From an uncultured Acholeplasmataceae bacterium (GTDB taxonomy: Bacteria > Bacillota_I > Bacilli_A > Acholeplasmatales > Acholeplasmataceae): a stretch of 51,587 nucleotides of DNA. The DNA is taken from the NCBI GenBank assembly GCA_964603705.1, contig CAZRWC010000001.1, positions 1 through 51,587 of the forward strand. Reading direction: 5' to 3'. Below the pieces are notes generated by a model, which searched no databases, was not told the DNA's origin, and worked only from the letters and a program-made list of their open reading frames with translations. A program made the translations under genes and the position numbers. Of this stretch, positions 29,124 through 38,118 are shown one piece after another; the first letter of the stretch is position 1; each line of letters opens with the position of its first letter.

Positions 29124-29811
29124 AATAAAACCAATCAGCGAATTACTTAAAACAATTAAAATTAAAACACGTAATCTTAAATTATACGAAAGAGCATTAA
29201 CTCATTCCTCTTATGCTTATGAAAATAATGAAAAAAACAATGAGAGATTAGAGTTTTTAGGAGATTCGGTTATTGAAATTTTAATGAGTGAATACTTGTT
29301 TCACAAATATAAAGATGGCGATGAAGGATTAATGACTAAAAAAAGAGCTCAAGCTGTTTGTGAAGAAGCATTATTTCATTATGCTACCCAATGTGAATTA
29401 CATAATTATTTAAGATTAGGAAAAGGAGAAAGTAACAAAGGTGCTTCACCAGCTATAATTGCTGACTCATTCGAAGCATTATTTGGCGCTCTTTATCTAG
29501 ATCAGGGATATAAAACAACTAGAAAGATTTTTAATATTTTAATTTTACCAAATTTAAATTTCGTTCTTGATATAAAAGATTTTAAATCAACACTTCAAGA
29601 ATTTGTTCAATTAGAAAAAAGGACTTTAACGTATAAAATTGTTAATGAATCAGGTCCATCCCATGATAAGGAATTCGAAGCGGTTGTTTATTTAGATGGC
29701 GATATTATTCTTGGGAAAGGAAAAGGAAAAACCAAAAAAGAAGCGGAACAAAAAGCGGCTGAAGAAGCCTTGAAGAAAGGAACATATAAAGATGTTAAAA
29801 CGAATTTATGA
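29107..29811 (+). CDS. rnc: Ribonuclease III
   Basis: 234 aa with the RNase III signature ERLEFLGDSV, then ADSFEALFGALYLD, and a C-terminal dsRBD (KSTLQEFVQ...GKGKTKKEAEQKAAEEAL). Confidence 0.93.
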   Translation: MMMMNEIKPISELLKTIKIKTRNLKLYERALTHSSYAYENNEKNNERLEFLGDSVIEILMSEYLFHKYKDGDEGLMTKKRAQAVCEEALFHYATQCELHNYLRLGKGESNKGASPAIIADSFEALFGALYLDQGYKTTRKIFNILILPNLNFVLDIKDFKSTLQEFVQLEKRTLTYKIVNESGPSHDKEFEAVVYLDGDIILGKGKGKTKKEAEQKAAEEALKKGTYKDVKTNL

Positions 29812-30415
29812 TGAATATGGATTAGATATTCAAAAGATTATTATGTCTGAATATAAAAGACTTAATTTGACATTAAATGAATGTAATGTTTTAATCGCTT
29901 TATTTTCAGTTTTAGAAAAAAGAAAAACTTTTTCTATTAATGCAATTATTAAAAGGATAGATTTAGACAATAATGAAACCGCCAATATATTAACTAGTCT
30001 CGCTGAAAAAGGTTTTTTTAAAATGGAATTAGAAATTAAAAATGGTAAAGAAAGAGAAAAGATCAGCTTAAGACCAACATTTTTAAAATTAGAGGAACTA
30101 ATCAAAGACGATGCTAATAAAATAAAACTTGAAAAAGACCAAACAAAAATTTCAAAATTAATTAACCGATTAGAAAATTTATTTGGCAGAGTTCTTACTT
30201 CTTATGAATTAGATACAATTAGATATTGGTTTAATGAATCTAGATATAAAATTGATGATGTCAATTTAATAGTTGATACCTTATTGGAAGGTAATAAAAA
30301 AATCTCAGTTAATATTATTGAGAAAAACCTAAAATTAAAAAAAGATTATCAGGTTGAGGATTTAGATCAAGACACAAAAGACACATTAACTAAACTGTAT
30401 AGGTCAATTAAATGA
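29792..30415 (+). CDS. DnaD-domain replication initiation/primosome protein
   Basis: 207 aa. The N-terminus is a winged-helix-like segment. The C-terminal segment LTSYELDTIRYWFNES matches the DnaD-domain Y...I...W region. It lies immediately upstream of nth, as dnaD does in Bacillus subtilis. Confidence 0.65.
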   Translation: MLKRIYDEYGLDIQKIIMSEYKRLNLTLNECNVLIALFSVLEKRKTFSINAIIKRIDLDNNETANILTSLAEKGFFKMELEIKNGKEREKISLRPTFLKLEELIKDDANKIKLEKDQTKISKLINRLENLFGRVLTSYELDTIRYWFNESRYKIDDVNLIVDTLLEGNKKISVNIIEKNLKLKKDYQVEDLDQDTKDTLTKLYRSIK

Positions 30416-31044
30416 ATCAAGCATATTTTAGGCAAGTCTTAAATGAAATGTTTCCAAATGCCAAAGCGGAACTCAATTATAAAAATAATTTTGAACTATT
30501 AATTGCAGTAGTTTTAAGTGCTCAAACCACAGATATTTCTGTTAATAAAGTTACAATAGAACTCTTTAATAAATATCCGACGCCTAAAAAACTAATGAAC
30601 GCAACTGTAGATGAAGTTGAAAATATCATTAAAAGTATTGGTTTGTATAAAAATAAAACAAAAAATATAATTAATTTAAGTAAAATATTATATGAAAAGT
30701 TCGATTCTAAAATACCAAGCGAAAGAAGCGATTTAGAGAGTCTTCCTGGGGTAGGAAGAAAAACAGCTAATGTTGTTTTATCAAATGCTTTTGATGTTGA
30801 AGCTTTGGCAGTTGATACACATGTTGAAAGAGTGTCAAAACGGCTTGGTTTGGCTTTAGAAAGTGATACTCCTTTCCAAGTTGAAATGAAATTAGTTGAT
30901 TATTTTGGAAATAAAAATTTAAGATTACTTCACCATCAATTGATATTTTTTGGACGTTATCATTGCACCGCCAGAAATCCTAAATGTGATGTTTGTCTTT
31001 TGAAATTAAAATGTCCGTATTTTCAAAAAAATTTAAAAAAGTAA
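30412..31044 (+). CDS. nth: Endonuclease III (DNA-(apurinic/apyrimidinic site) lyase)
   Basis: 210 aa with LIAVVLSAQTTD, the HhH-GPD motif LPGVGRKTANVVL, the catalytic VDTHV and the 4Fe-4S cluster CTARNPKCDVCLLKLKC. Confidence 0.93.
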   Translation: MNQAYFRQVLNEMFPNAKAELNYKNNFELLIAVVLSAQTTDISVNKVTIELFNKYPTPKKLMNATVDEVENIIKSIGLYKNKTKNIINLSKILYEKFDSKIPSERSDLESLPGVGRKTANVVLSNAFDVEALAVDTHVERVSKRLGLALESDTPFQVEMKLVDYFGNKNLRLLHHQLIFFGRYHCTARNPKCDVCLLKLKCPYFQKNLKK

Positions 31045-31048
31045 CTTT

Positions 31049-31074
31049 AAAACACCTAAATGGTGTTTTTTTTT
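31049..31074 (+). terminator. Intrinsic terminator after nth
   Basis: aaaacacc-taaa-tggtgtttt stem-loop followed by a T9 run. Confidence 0.7.
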
Positions 31075-31145
31075 CAATTTTTTATTTTGAAAAACAAATA
31101 AATTGTACTATCATGAATATATCATTATGAAAAGGATAGGAAACT

Positions 31146-32384
31146 ATGAACATACGGTTTGAAAAAATCTTGAGTGCGATTGAACAAGGTAAACAAAGAA
31201 AATACTTTGAATACAACTCTATTGGAACAATTCTTAAACAACAAAGACGATCTAAAAATATGACTTTAGAAGAGGTGTCGGAAAACATTTGTAGTAATTC
31301 TTACTTATCTAAGGCAGAAAATATGCAACTTATACCGAAAGACCCAATTTTATCTAAGTTAAAGAAACGACTTGATATTAATCAAACATTAGAATTTGAT
31401 CAAGACGTTTATCAACAAACTTTATCATATTTAGTTGAGTCATTATTTTTCGAAAGGGAATTAGATAAGGGCGTATACCGAATATTTTCAGGTACTGTTG
31501 ATTTGAAATACAATTTAATTTTACTTGGATATTATGTGACAAATCATGAATACGCAAAAGCTGAAGAAATTTATTATTTCTTAGAAGACGAACTTGAAAA
31601 ACTTGATAATTTGGAAAGAGATATTTTATTTTTATTAGCTTCTAAATTATTATTTGTTAATGGCTTATATTTTTTAGCATATAAGTTATTAAAATATGTA
31701 GACTATAAAGGAAACAATGAATTGCTTATCTTAGAGTCTAAAGCGGTATTTTTAATGTCGGTAGCAAAACTAGATAGAGTAAGTGGTTATGCTAAAGAAT
31801 ATAATGACTTAATAAATGAACTTTCTGGCTTTGGATATTATAAGAAAATAAGTAAGTTAAAATATGAGTGGTTATTGACTAGTTTAAGAAGTGTTTCAAT
31901 TGATGAAGCGTTTAGAACAATTGAAAAGCTTGAGGAATATACTGATAAACAAAAAGATTATATAAAATTTCATTTATATTATAATCAAGGAAAACATGAT
32001 ATTATCTTAAAAAAACTGGATAAAAAGTTTTTACTAGATGAAAGGCGCTTTTTGTTATATTTGTTAACGCTTGATTCAGTTGGTAATGGTGTTAAAATTT
32101 TAGATATTATTTATCATGAAAAAAATAAACCTAACACGATATTAGTTCAAAAACTAATCGATTGTTTAACGGTTAAATATAACTCTACGGCTGAATCTTA
32201 TTATAAATATTTATTATATGGTATCAAAAATGGTGTTTTAGTTGAATACAACGGTGTTTTTGGAATTAACGCTCTTTTTATAAACGCTTCACAATATTTA
32301 TCGGATTTCAAATATTATAAGTATGCTAAAAACACTAGAGATCTCTTAGATACAATTAATTGTACTTTGAAAAGTGGAAATTAA
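31146..32384 (+). CDS. XRE-family helix-turn-helix regulator with a long helical-repeat (TPR-like) C-terminal domain
   Basis: 412 aa. The N-terminal HTH is GTILKQQRRSKNMTLEEVSENICSNSYLSKAEN. The remaining ~340 aa are helical with repeated hydrophobic/Tyr-rich pairs. The overall layout resembles RNPP-type (Rgg/PlcR/NprR) regulators, which is inference. Confidence 0.65.
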   Translation: MNIRFEKILSAIEQGKQRKYFEYNSIGTILKQQRRSKNMTLEEVSENICSNSYLSKAENMQLIPKDPILSKLKKRLDINQTLEFDQDVYQQTLSYLVESLFFERELDKGVYRIFSGTVDLKYNLILLGYYVTNHEYAKAEEIYYFLEDELEKLDNLERDILFLLASKLLFVNGLYFLAYKLLKYVDYKGNNELLILESKAVFLMSVAKLDRVSGYAKEYNDLINELSGFGYYKKISKLKYEWLLTSLRSVSIDEAFRTIEKLEEYTDKQKDYIKFHLYYNQGKHDIILKKLDKKFLLDERRFLLYLLTLDSVGNGVKILDIIYHEKNKPNTILVQKLIDCLTVKYNSTAESYYKYLLYGIKNGVLVEYNGVFGINALFINASQYLSDFKYYKYAKNTRDLLDTINCTLKSGN

Positions 32385-32434
32385 AATAAAGTAAAAAAAG
32401 CCATTCAGACTACTATTATATAGGAGGCGATATA

Positions 32435-34525
32435 ATGTCTTTTTTACTTTTCTTAACAACTTTTTCATTCGGTTTTAATGTTGTTTGGAATAAAACTGAA
32501 GTAGAAATTCCCGTTTTTGACAATTTAAGTAATTATTTATCGGTCCCTAGTGCTACTTTATTTGATGATAGCGGTAATATTTGCGAAGATCCTAATTTTT
32601 ACATGGTATATGACGGCGTTGATACTAGATATTTAAATGTCATAAATACCAATTATGTTGCGACATATTACCACGTTTTTAAAGCGGTGTTCCCAACTTA
32701 TAATGTTGAGTCAAAAGGGAGTATCGTTTTTAAAATTGTTGACAATATTGCTCCAACATTTATCAATGTTCCCAATTTTAATTTAACAGTAGGAACTAAA
32801 ATGCCTAATTTATTAGAAAACCTTACCTATGAGGATAATTATAATAAGCCTGAAGATTTAACTGTTAAAGTGATTAATCAAGCATCTTTGTCGACTGCAA
32901 ATTTAGGGGTTTTTCCAATTCACTATGAATTAAGAGATAAGTCCAACAACATTAGCCATGCGACAGGCTTTTTAACTGTTATTGATGATATTTGTCCAGT
33001 TATTGAAAAAAAGGCCGAAGTAATTATTGATATCAATGAAAAAATAGTTATTTCTAATTACTATAAAATTACTGATAATTATGATAAATCTTTAATCATT
33101 AAACTAGATGATGATGCGGTTGATTATTCTAAGCCAGGAACATATTTTATAAAAATTACCGCTATCGATCAAAGTTTAAATCAAACTAGCATTACTGATT
33201 ATATAAAGGTTGAAAAAAAATCATTACCAATTTTAAAAATCAACAACGGCCCCTTAATATTAAGTGTCAACGATTTAAATTATTATAGTGTTTTATTGTC
33301 CCAAGTTATCGAGGTTTCCGATTCAGTCGATATATTAACTATAGATGATGTAATTATTATAAGTTATGTTGATATTGCTAAAATCGGAAAATATCAAGTT
33401 TTATATAATTTAAGTAATAGTTTTGACCAAACAGTTGAAGTAAAATTAACAGTTGAAGTAGTTGATAATATTAAACCAACTATTGTTCAAATTAAAGAGT
33501 TAAATATACCAGTTAATTGTCCAAATCTAATTTTTCAAGATTATTTTTTAATAACTGACAACTATGATGATTATTTTGATTTAACTATTACCTATCCTAA
33601 AACGGTCAAACTTGATGTTGTAGCTGAATATGTGATTAAGGTAACTGCAGAAGATAGATCAAAAAATATTAGTTCACTTGAAACCAGATTACGGGTCCTA
33701 GATTTAGAACCACCAGAAATAATAACCGATGTTTTAACAATTGTTTTAGAAGTGTTTGAAGAAATCGAAACTAATTTTTTCACTTTAAAAGATAACTATT
33801 CAAAAAAACTTACATCTGAAGTTCAAATAGATTCTAATTATTTAACGACAGTTGGGAAATACGATTTAACAATTATTGCTAAAGATGAGTTTGATAACGA
33901 AGCAACTAAGGTAATAACGGTTTTGGTTGAAGACAATGAACCTCCATATGTTTATCTAAACCAAAACGTTATTACTTTAGAATTAAATCAAAATCCAATT
34001 GATTTTAGTTATTTAATTGATGATTTTGGCGATAATTATGATGATATTTCAATCGAGGATATTATAATTATTGATAATATTAATTATCGTGAAATAGGCC
34101 TTTATAATGCAATATTTTCAATTGAAGATTCAAGTAAAAATATCGGTTATGCAACACTAAAAGTTGTCGTTGATGATTATGTAAAACCATATTTAAATGT
34201 CTATGATAAAGTATATAAGAAAGGTTCAACAATCGATTTAAAAGAAGGAATAACTTATGGCGATAATAGCGGAAACTTTGATTTAGTTATCTTTGATGAA
34301 GGTTTTAATAGTTTAAAAGCTGGAAACTATGAAATAGGTTATTTGGTTACCGATCATAGAGGCAACAATAATTACCAAACGGCAAATATCATAATTACTG
34401 AGTCATTATTTCAATCTAAATATCTAAAAGTATTAATAACTGGAATAGTATTTGTAATAATAACAGTAGCAATACATTTAGTTTTAAAGTATAAAAATCG
34501 TAAAAAACAGTCTTTATTTAATTGA
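32435..34525 (+). CDS. Membrane-anchored surface protein built from about 7-8 tandem Ig-like (DUF5011/HYR-like) domains
   Basis: 696 aa with a short hydrophobic N-terminus. Repeated ~85-95 aa units each open with D(N/D)xxP(T/V/Y)(I/F) (DNIAPTF, DDICPVI, DNIKPTI, LEPPEI, DNEPPYV, DDYVKPYL). Each unit also contains xxDNYD, then G.Y...Y...D..(G)N. The C-terminus has a single TM helix (VLITGIVFVIITVAIHLVL) and a KYKNRKKQ stop-transfer tail. A strong SD (taggagg) lies upstream. Confidence 0.7.
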   Translation: MSFLLFLTTFSFGFNVVWNKTEVEIPVFDNLSNYLSVPSATLFDDSGNICEDPNFYMVYDGVDTRYLNVINTNYVATYYHVFKAVFPTYNVESKGSIVFKIVDNIAPTFINVPNFNLTVGTKMPNLLENLTYEDNYNKPEDLTVKVINQASLSTANLGVFPIHYELRDKSNNISHATGFLTVIDDICPVIEKKAEVIIDINEKIVISNYYKITDNYDKSLIIKLDDDAVDYSKPGTYFIKITAIDQSLNQTSITDYIKVEKKSLPILKINNGPLILSVNDLNYYSVLLSQVIEVSDSVDILTIDDVIIISYVDIAKIGKYQVLYNLSNSFDQTVEVKLTVEVVDNIKPTIVQIKELNIPVNCPNLIFQDYFLITDNYDDYFDLTITYPKTVKLDVVAEYVIKVTAEDRSKNISSLETRLRVLDLEPPEIITDVLTIVLEVFEEIETNFFTLKDNYSKKLTSEVQIDSNYLTTVGKYDLTIIAKDEFDNEATKVITVLVEDNEPPYVYLNQNVITLELNQNPIDFSYLIDDFGDNYDDISIEDIIIIDNINYREIGLYNAIFSIEDSSKNIGYATLKVVVDDYVKPYLNVYDKVYKKGSTIDLKEGITYGDNSGNFDLVIFDEGFNSLKAGNYEIGYLVTDHRGNNNYQTANIIITESLFQSKYLKVLITGIVFVIITVAIHLVLKYKNRKKQSLFN

Positions 34526-34594
34526 CAAAGAAGCCATTATTATATATAATAAGTAATGGATAGAAAGATAAAAAAGTAAAGGAGAAATTTATCT

Positions 34595-35026
34595 ATGGAA
34601 AAAGTACTTGTTGTATATTGGAGTGGAACAGGAAATACAGAAATCATGGCTGAAAAAATTGCCGAAGGATTAGCTGATTCTAATTTAGATGTCGATTTAA
34701 GAGAAGTTAGTGAAGTTGAGCCGAGTGAAATAGAAGATTTTGCTAAAGTTGCTTTTGGTTGCCCGTCAATGGGTTCAGAAGTGCTTGAGGAAGATGAGTT
34801 TGAACCGTTTTTTGAAGAAGTTGAAGAATATTTAGAAGACAAAAAAGTTGCTTTATTTGGTTCATATGGCTGGGGTTCAGGTGAATGGATGTCAGATTGG
34901 GTCGAAAGATGTGTTGACTTAGGAGCTTTAGTATATACAAATAAGGGTCTAATTATTAACGAAACACCTGATGATGCTGGCGAAGAAAAATGTGTAGAAT
35001 TCGGTAAGGGATTTGCAGCTTTTTAA
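34595..35026 (+). CDS. Short-chain flavodoxin
   Basis: 143 aa with KVLVVYWSGTGNTEIMAEKI (the FMN phosphate loop) and FGSYGWGSGEWM. The protein is very acidic. Confidence 0.9.
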   Translation: MEKVLVVYWSGTGNTEIMAEKIAEGLADSNLDVDLREVSEVEPSEIEDFAKVAFGCPSMGSEVLEEDEFEPFFEEVEEYLEDKKVALFGSYGWGSGEWMSDWVERCVDLGALVYTNKGLIINETPDDAGEEKCVEFGKGFAAF

Positions 35027-35044
35027 AATTTTAGTTAAATAAAT

Positions 35045-35067
35045 AAAGGCCGTTTGGCCTTTTTTTC
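35045..35067 (+). terminator. Intrinsic terminator after flavodoxin
   Basis: aaaggcc-gttt-ggccttt followed by a T-run. It overlaps the TTG 35054 start used in the ORF track, which argues against that start. Confidence 0.75.
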
Positions 35068-35098
35068 TAAATTAAAGCTGCTAGATTTTAAGAAAATA

Positions 35099-38077
35099 AT
35101 GAGCGTTTTTTATCTTCAAAGTGAATATAGTTTGTTAAACAATTTAATTAAGCTAGAAAAATTAGTTGAAACTTGTAAAAATGAAAATTATGATTTTATT
35201 GCTTTAGCTGATAAAAATAATTTGCATGGGTTATACAAGTTTTTTATGCTCGCTAAAAAACATCAAATTAAGCCTATTTACGGCATGAAAGTTTCAGTAG
35301 ATTTAGGGATGGAAGAATCAGGGTTTTTATTATATATTAAAAACCAATCAGGCTATTTAAATTTACTTACTATTTCTAAAATTATTCAAACCGAAAATAG
35401 AAATATCACAATTAATGAGTTAATTGATTTTCAAGAAGGTCTAATAATAATTTCTTCTGGGCAAGATTCGGTTTTAGATAAAAAACTTTTCAACAATAAT
35501 ATTGAAGAAAGCTTAAGCGTTTTACGTTTTTTTAAAAAATCTTTTAAACAGTTTTATGTAGGTTTATCACTAAGTAATTATGAATATGAAATTAAAGTAA
35601 TACCAGCTTTGGTTTCTATGTCTATAGAAGAAGGTGTAACTTTATTACCACTTCAAAGAACTGCTTATTTAAATAAAGATGATAAACTTTATTTTCAAAC
35701 TTTAGTTAAAATTGGTAATAGCGAAGACCCTATCTTAAATGAAGGCGACTTAAGTTTTAAAAGTCTCGATGAGTTAAAGTATCGTTTTTCGGATTATTCA
35801 TTTGTTTTAGACAATGCTAAAAAACTGGCTGACTCTATCAATTACGAACTAAAATTTCCTTTATTTGAAATGCCTTACTATCAGTCTAGTAATTTAGATA
35901 AAAACGAATATCTGAAAGACTTAAGTCTAAGAGGTTTAAAAAGAAGAATAAAAATCAATAATTTGAAAGATGAAAAAAATTATTATGATCGCCTAAAATA
36001 TGAATTGGCGGTTATTGAGAGATTAGATTTTTCTGATTACTTTTTAATTGTTCAAGATTTCGTAAATTATGCGAAAAAGGAAGGAATTACCGTTGGACCT
36101 GGTCGGGGTTCGGCGGCCAGTTCATTGGTTGCATATTCAATTGGAATTACTGAAATTGACCCGATTAAATATAACTTATTATTTGAAAGGTTTCTAAATC
36201 CTGAACGAAAAACCATGCCAGATATCGACATGGATTTTCCGGATAATAAAAGAGACCAAGTTATTAATTATTGTTACAACAAATATAAAAAAGAACATAT
36301 TGCTGCAATCGTTACTTTTGATAGGTTTGCTTTTAAATCATCAATTAGAGATGTGGCAAGAACCTTAAACTTAACTACTTCTCAACAAAACATTTTAGTT
36401 GACTCTATTAATGGTGGTTATGCTGATGAAGAAGATCCAAACATTCAAATTATTTTAAAAACATCTGAAAAAATCGTTGGACTACCAAGGCATACTGGAA
36501 CTCACGCTGCGGGAATTATTTTAACTCAAAACGATTTAACTAAGACTATACCGCTTCAAAGTGATACTGAAAGCTTTTATAAAACACAATGGGAACAAAG
36601 CGATTTAGAACAATTAGGGTTGATGAAAATTGACTTTTTAGGAATTAAAAATTTAGCTATAATAGCGGAAACCATCAATTTAGTTAAAAAAACCAATCCT
36701 AATTTCGATTTAAATAAGATTGCTTTTGATAATTCAAAGACTTATGAATTACTGCGTAAAGCTGATACTAATGGTATTTTTCAATTAGAATCAGCTGGTA
36801 TGCAAAATGTTTTAAAAAAACTTCAACCAGAAAATTTTGAAGATTTGATTGCTTTACTAGCTTTATATAGACCTGGCCCAATGGACAATATTGATTTATA
36901 TATACAAAGAAAAAAAGGTCAAAATTATGAAAATCTTCATCCCGAATTAGCAAATATTTTAAAACCAACTTACGGAATAATCGTATATCAGGAACAAATT
37001 ATGCAAATCGCTAATAAGTTTGCCGGTTATTCATTAGCAGAAGCGGATATTTTAAGACGCGGTATTTCGAAAAAAGATTTGCAAATTTTAAAAAACGAAG
37101 AAAAGCATTTTGTTGAATCTTGTTTAAAACAAGGTCATTCAGAAGAAGTAGCTAAAAATATTTATGAGTACATCGTAAGATTTGCTGATTATGGTTTTAA
37201 CCGAGCCCATTCAGTTTCATATGCCACTATTAGTTATCAGATGGCTTATTTGAAAGCCAATTATTATCAAGAGTTTGTTATTATATTGCTTTCAAATATG
37301 ATGAGTAATGATAAATTAACTGAACGATACTTAAAAGAGTTGATCCAAAATGGTTATAAGTTATTACCATCTGATATTAATATAGCTAAAGAATATTATC
37401 AAATTACCGACAAGGGAATAGTCCTACCTTTTAATTTAGTTAAAGGAATAGGAGTTGAAACTTCTAAAAAACTAATTTTAGAAAGAGAAGAAAAGGGATT
37501 ATTTAAAAATTTCATGGATTTTAAAATTAGAACCAATAAAATATTATCTAATGCTAATATTGAAAATTTAATTAGCGTTAACGCACTTGATTCTTTTGGC
37601 CTAAATCATGCCACATTGCTACTAAACTTAAACCAAGGGGATTCAACCTACGGTGCTTTTTTTGAGGATGTAATCTTTGAAGAAGCTAAAGACGAATTAA
37701 CAATTGAAGAAAAAATAATTGCGGAAAGAAAGGCATTAAACTATAATATTTTTTATAATTATTACGAAGTTTTAAAACCACTTAGAACTAAAACGAAAAC
37801 AGTTGACCTTAAAACCGCTTTAAAACAAAACCGATCTAGACTTTTAGCAATGATTGTCAATTTAAAAGAAATTAGAACTAAAAATAATAATAAAATGGCA
37901 TTTTTTACTATAACTGACGGTAAACAAGAATTAGATGTGACGCTTTTTTCAAATGAATATGAGATTTTTTTAAAACTTCCTAAATCACTATTATACATAT
38001 TAGAAATTGAAGAAAATGTCTATCGTGAAAAGAAAACATATGTAGTTAAAAAAATTCAAGTCTATCAAGAGAGTTAA
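35099..38077 (+). CDS. dnaE: DNA polymerase III alpha subunit (DnaE type)
   Basis: About 992 aa from ATG 35099 (MSVFYLQSEYSLL). It has a PHP-like N-terminus, the palm motif GPGRGSAASSLVAYSIGITEIDP, PDIDMDF, HAAGIIL, FDFLGIKNL-like IDFLGIKNL, FQLES, and a C-terminal OB fold. Confidence 0.93.
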   Translation: MSVFYLQSEYSLLNNLIKLEKLVETCKNENYDFIALADKNNLHGLYKFFMLAKKHQIKPIYGMKVSVDLGMEESGFLLYIKNQSGYLNLLTISKIIQTENRNITINELIDFQEGLIIISSGQDSVLDKKLFNNNIEESLSVLRFFKKSFKQFYVGLSLSNYEYEIKVIPALVSMSIEEGVTLLPLQRTAYLNKDDKLYFQTLVKIGNSEDPILNEGDLSFKSLDELKYRFSDYSFVLDNAKKLADSINYELKFPLFEMPYYQSSNLDKNEYLKDLSLRGLKRRIKINNLKDEKNYYDRLKYELAVIERLDFSDYFLIVQDFVNYAKKEGITVGPGRGSAASSLVAYSIGITEIDPIKYNLLFERFLNPERKTMPDIDMDFPDNKRDQVINYCYNKYKKEHIAAIVTFDRFAFKSSIRDVARTLNLTTSQQNILVDSINGGYADEEDPNIQIILKTSEKIVGLPRHTGTHAAGIILTQNDLTKTIPLQSDTESFYKTQWEQSDLEQLGLMKIDFLGIKNLAIIAETINLVKKTNPNFDLNKIAFDNSKTYELLRKADTNGIFQLESAGMQNVLKKLQPENFEDLIALLALYRPGPMDNIDLYIQRKKGQNYENLHPELANILKPTYGIIVYQEQIMQIANKFAGYSLAEADILRRGISKKDLQILKNEEKHFVESCLKQGHSEEVAKNIYEYIVRFADYGFNRAHSVSYATISYQMAYLKANYYQEFVIILLSNMMSNDKLTERYLKELIQNGYKLLPSDINIAKEYYQITDKGIVLPFNLVKGIGVETSKKLILEREEKGLFKNFMDFKIRTNKILSNANIENLISVNALDSFGLNHATLLLNLNQGDSTYGAFFEDVIFEEAKDELTIEEKIIAERKALNYNIFYNYYEVLKPLRTKTKTVDLKTALKQNRSRLLAMIVNLKEIRTKNNNKMAFFTITDGKQELDVTLFSNEYEIFLKLPKSLLYILEIEENVYREKKTYVVKKIQVYQES

Positions 38078-38081
38078 AGAT

Positions 38082-38112
38082 AAAAAAAAGTAGTGAAATT
38101 TCACTACTTTCT
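38082..38112. terminator. Bidirectional terminator between dnaE and pfp
   Basis: An A8 run, then agtagtga-aatt-tcactact, then ttt, lying between convergent genes. Confidence 0.7.
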
Positions 38113-38118
38113 AATATA

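Noticed and set aside
31045-31145. Small pheromone-peptide gene next to the RNPP-like regulator (also checked 32385-32434)
   Set aside because: Only 5- and 11-codon ORFs are present, without SD or hydrophobic SHP-like sequence. There is no evidence for a cognate peptide gene in the adjacent spacers.
34540-34940. Minus-strand ORFs 34540-34842 and 34743-34940 opposite flavodoxin
   Set aside because: The Ser-rich translation is the mirror of the acidic flavodoxin coding sequence. The flavodoxin call is strongly supported by motifs and an SD.
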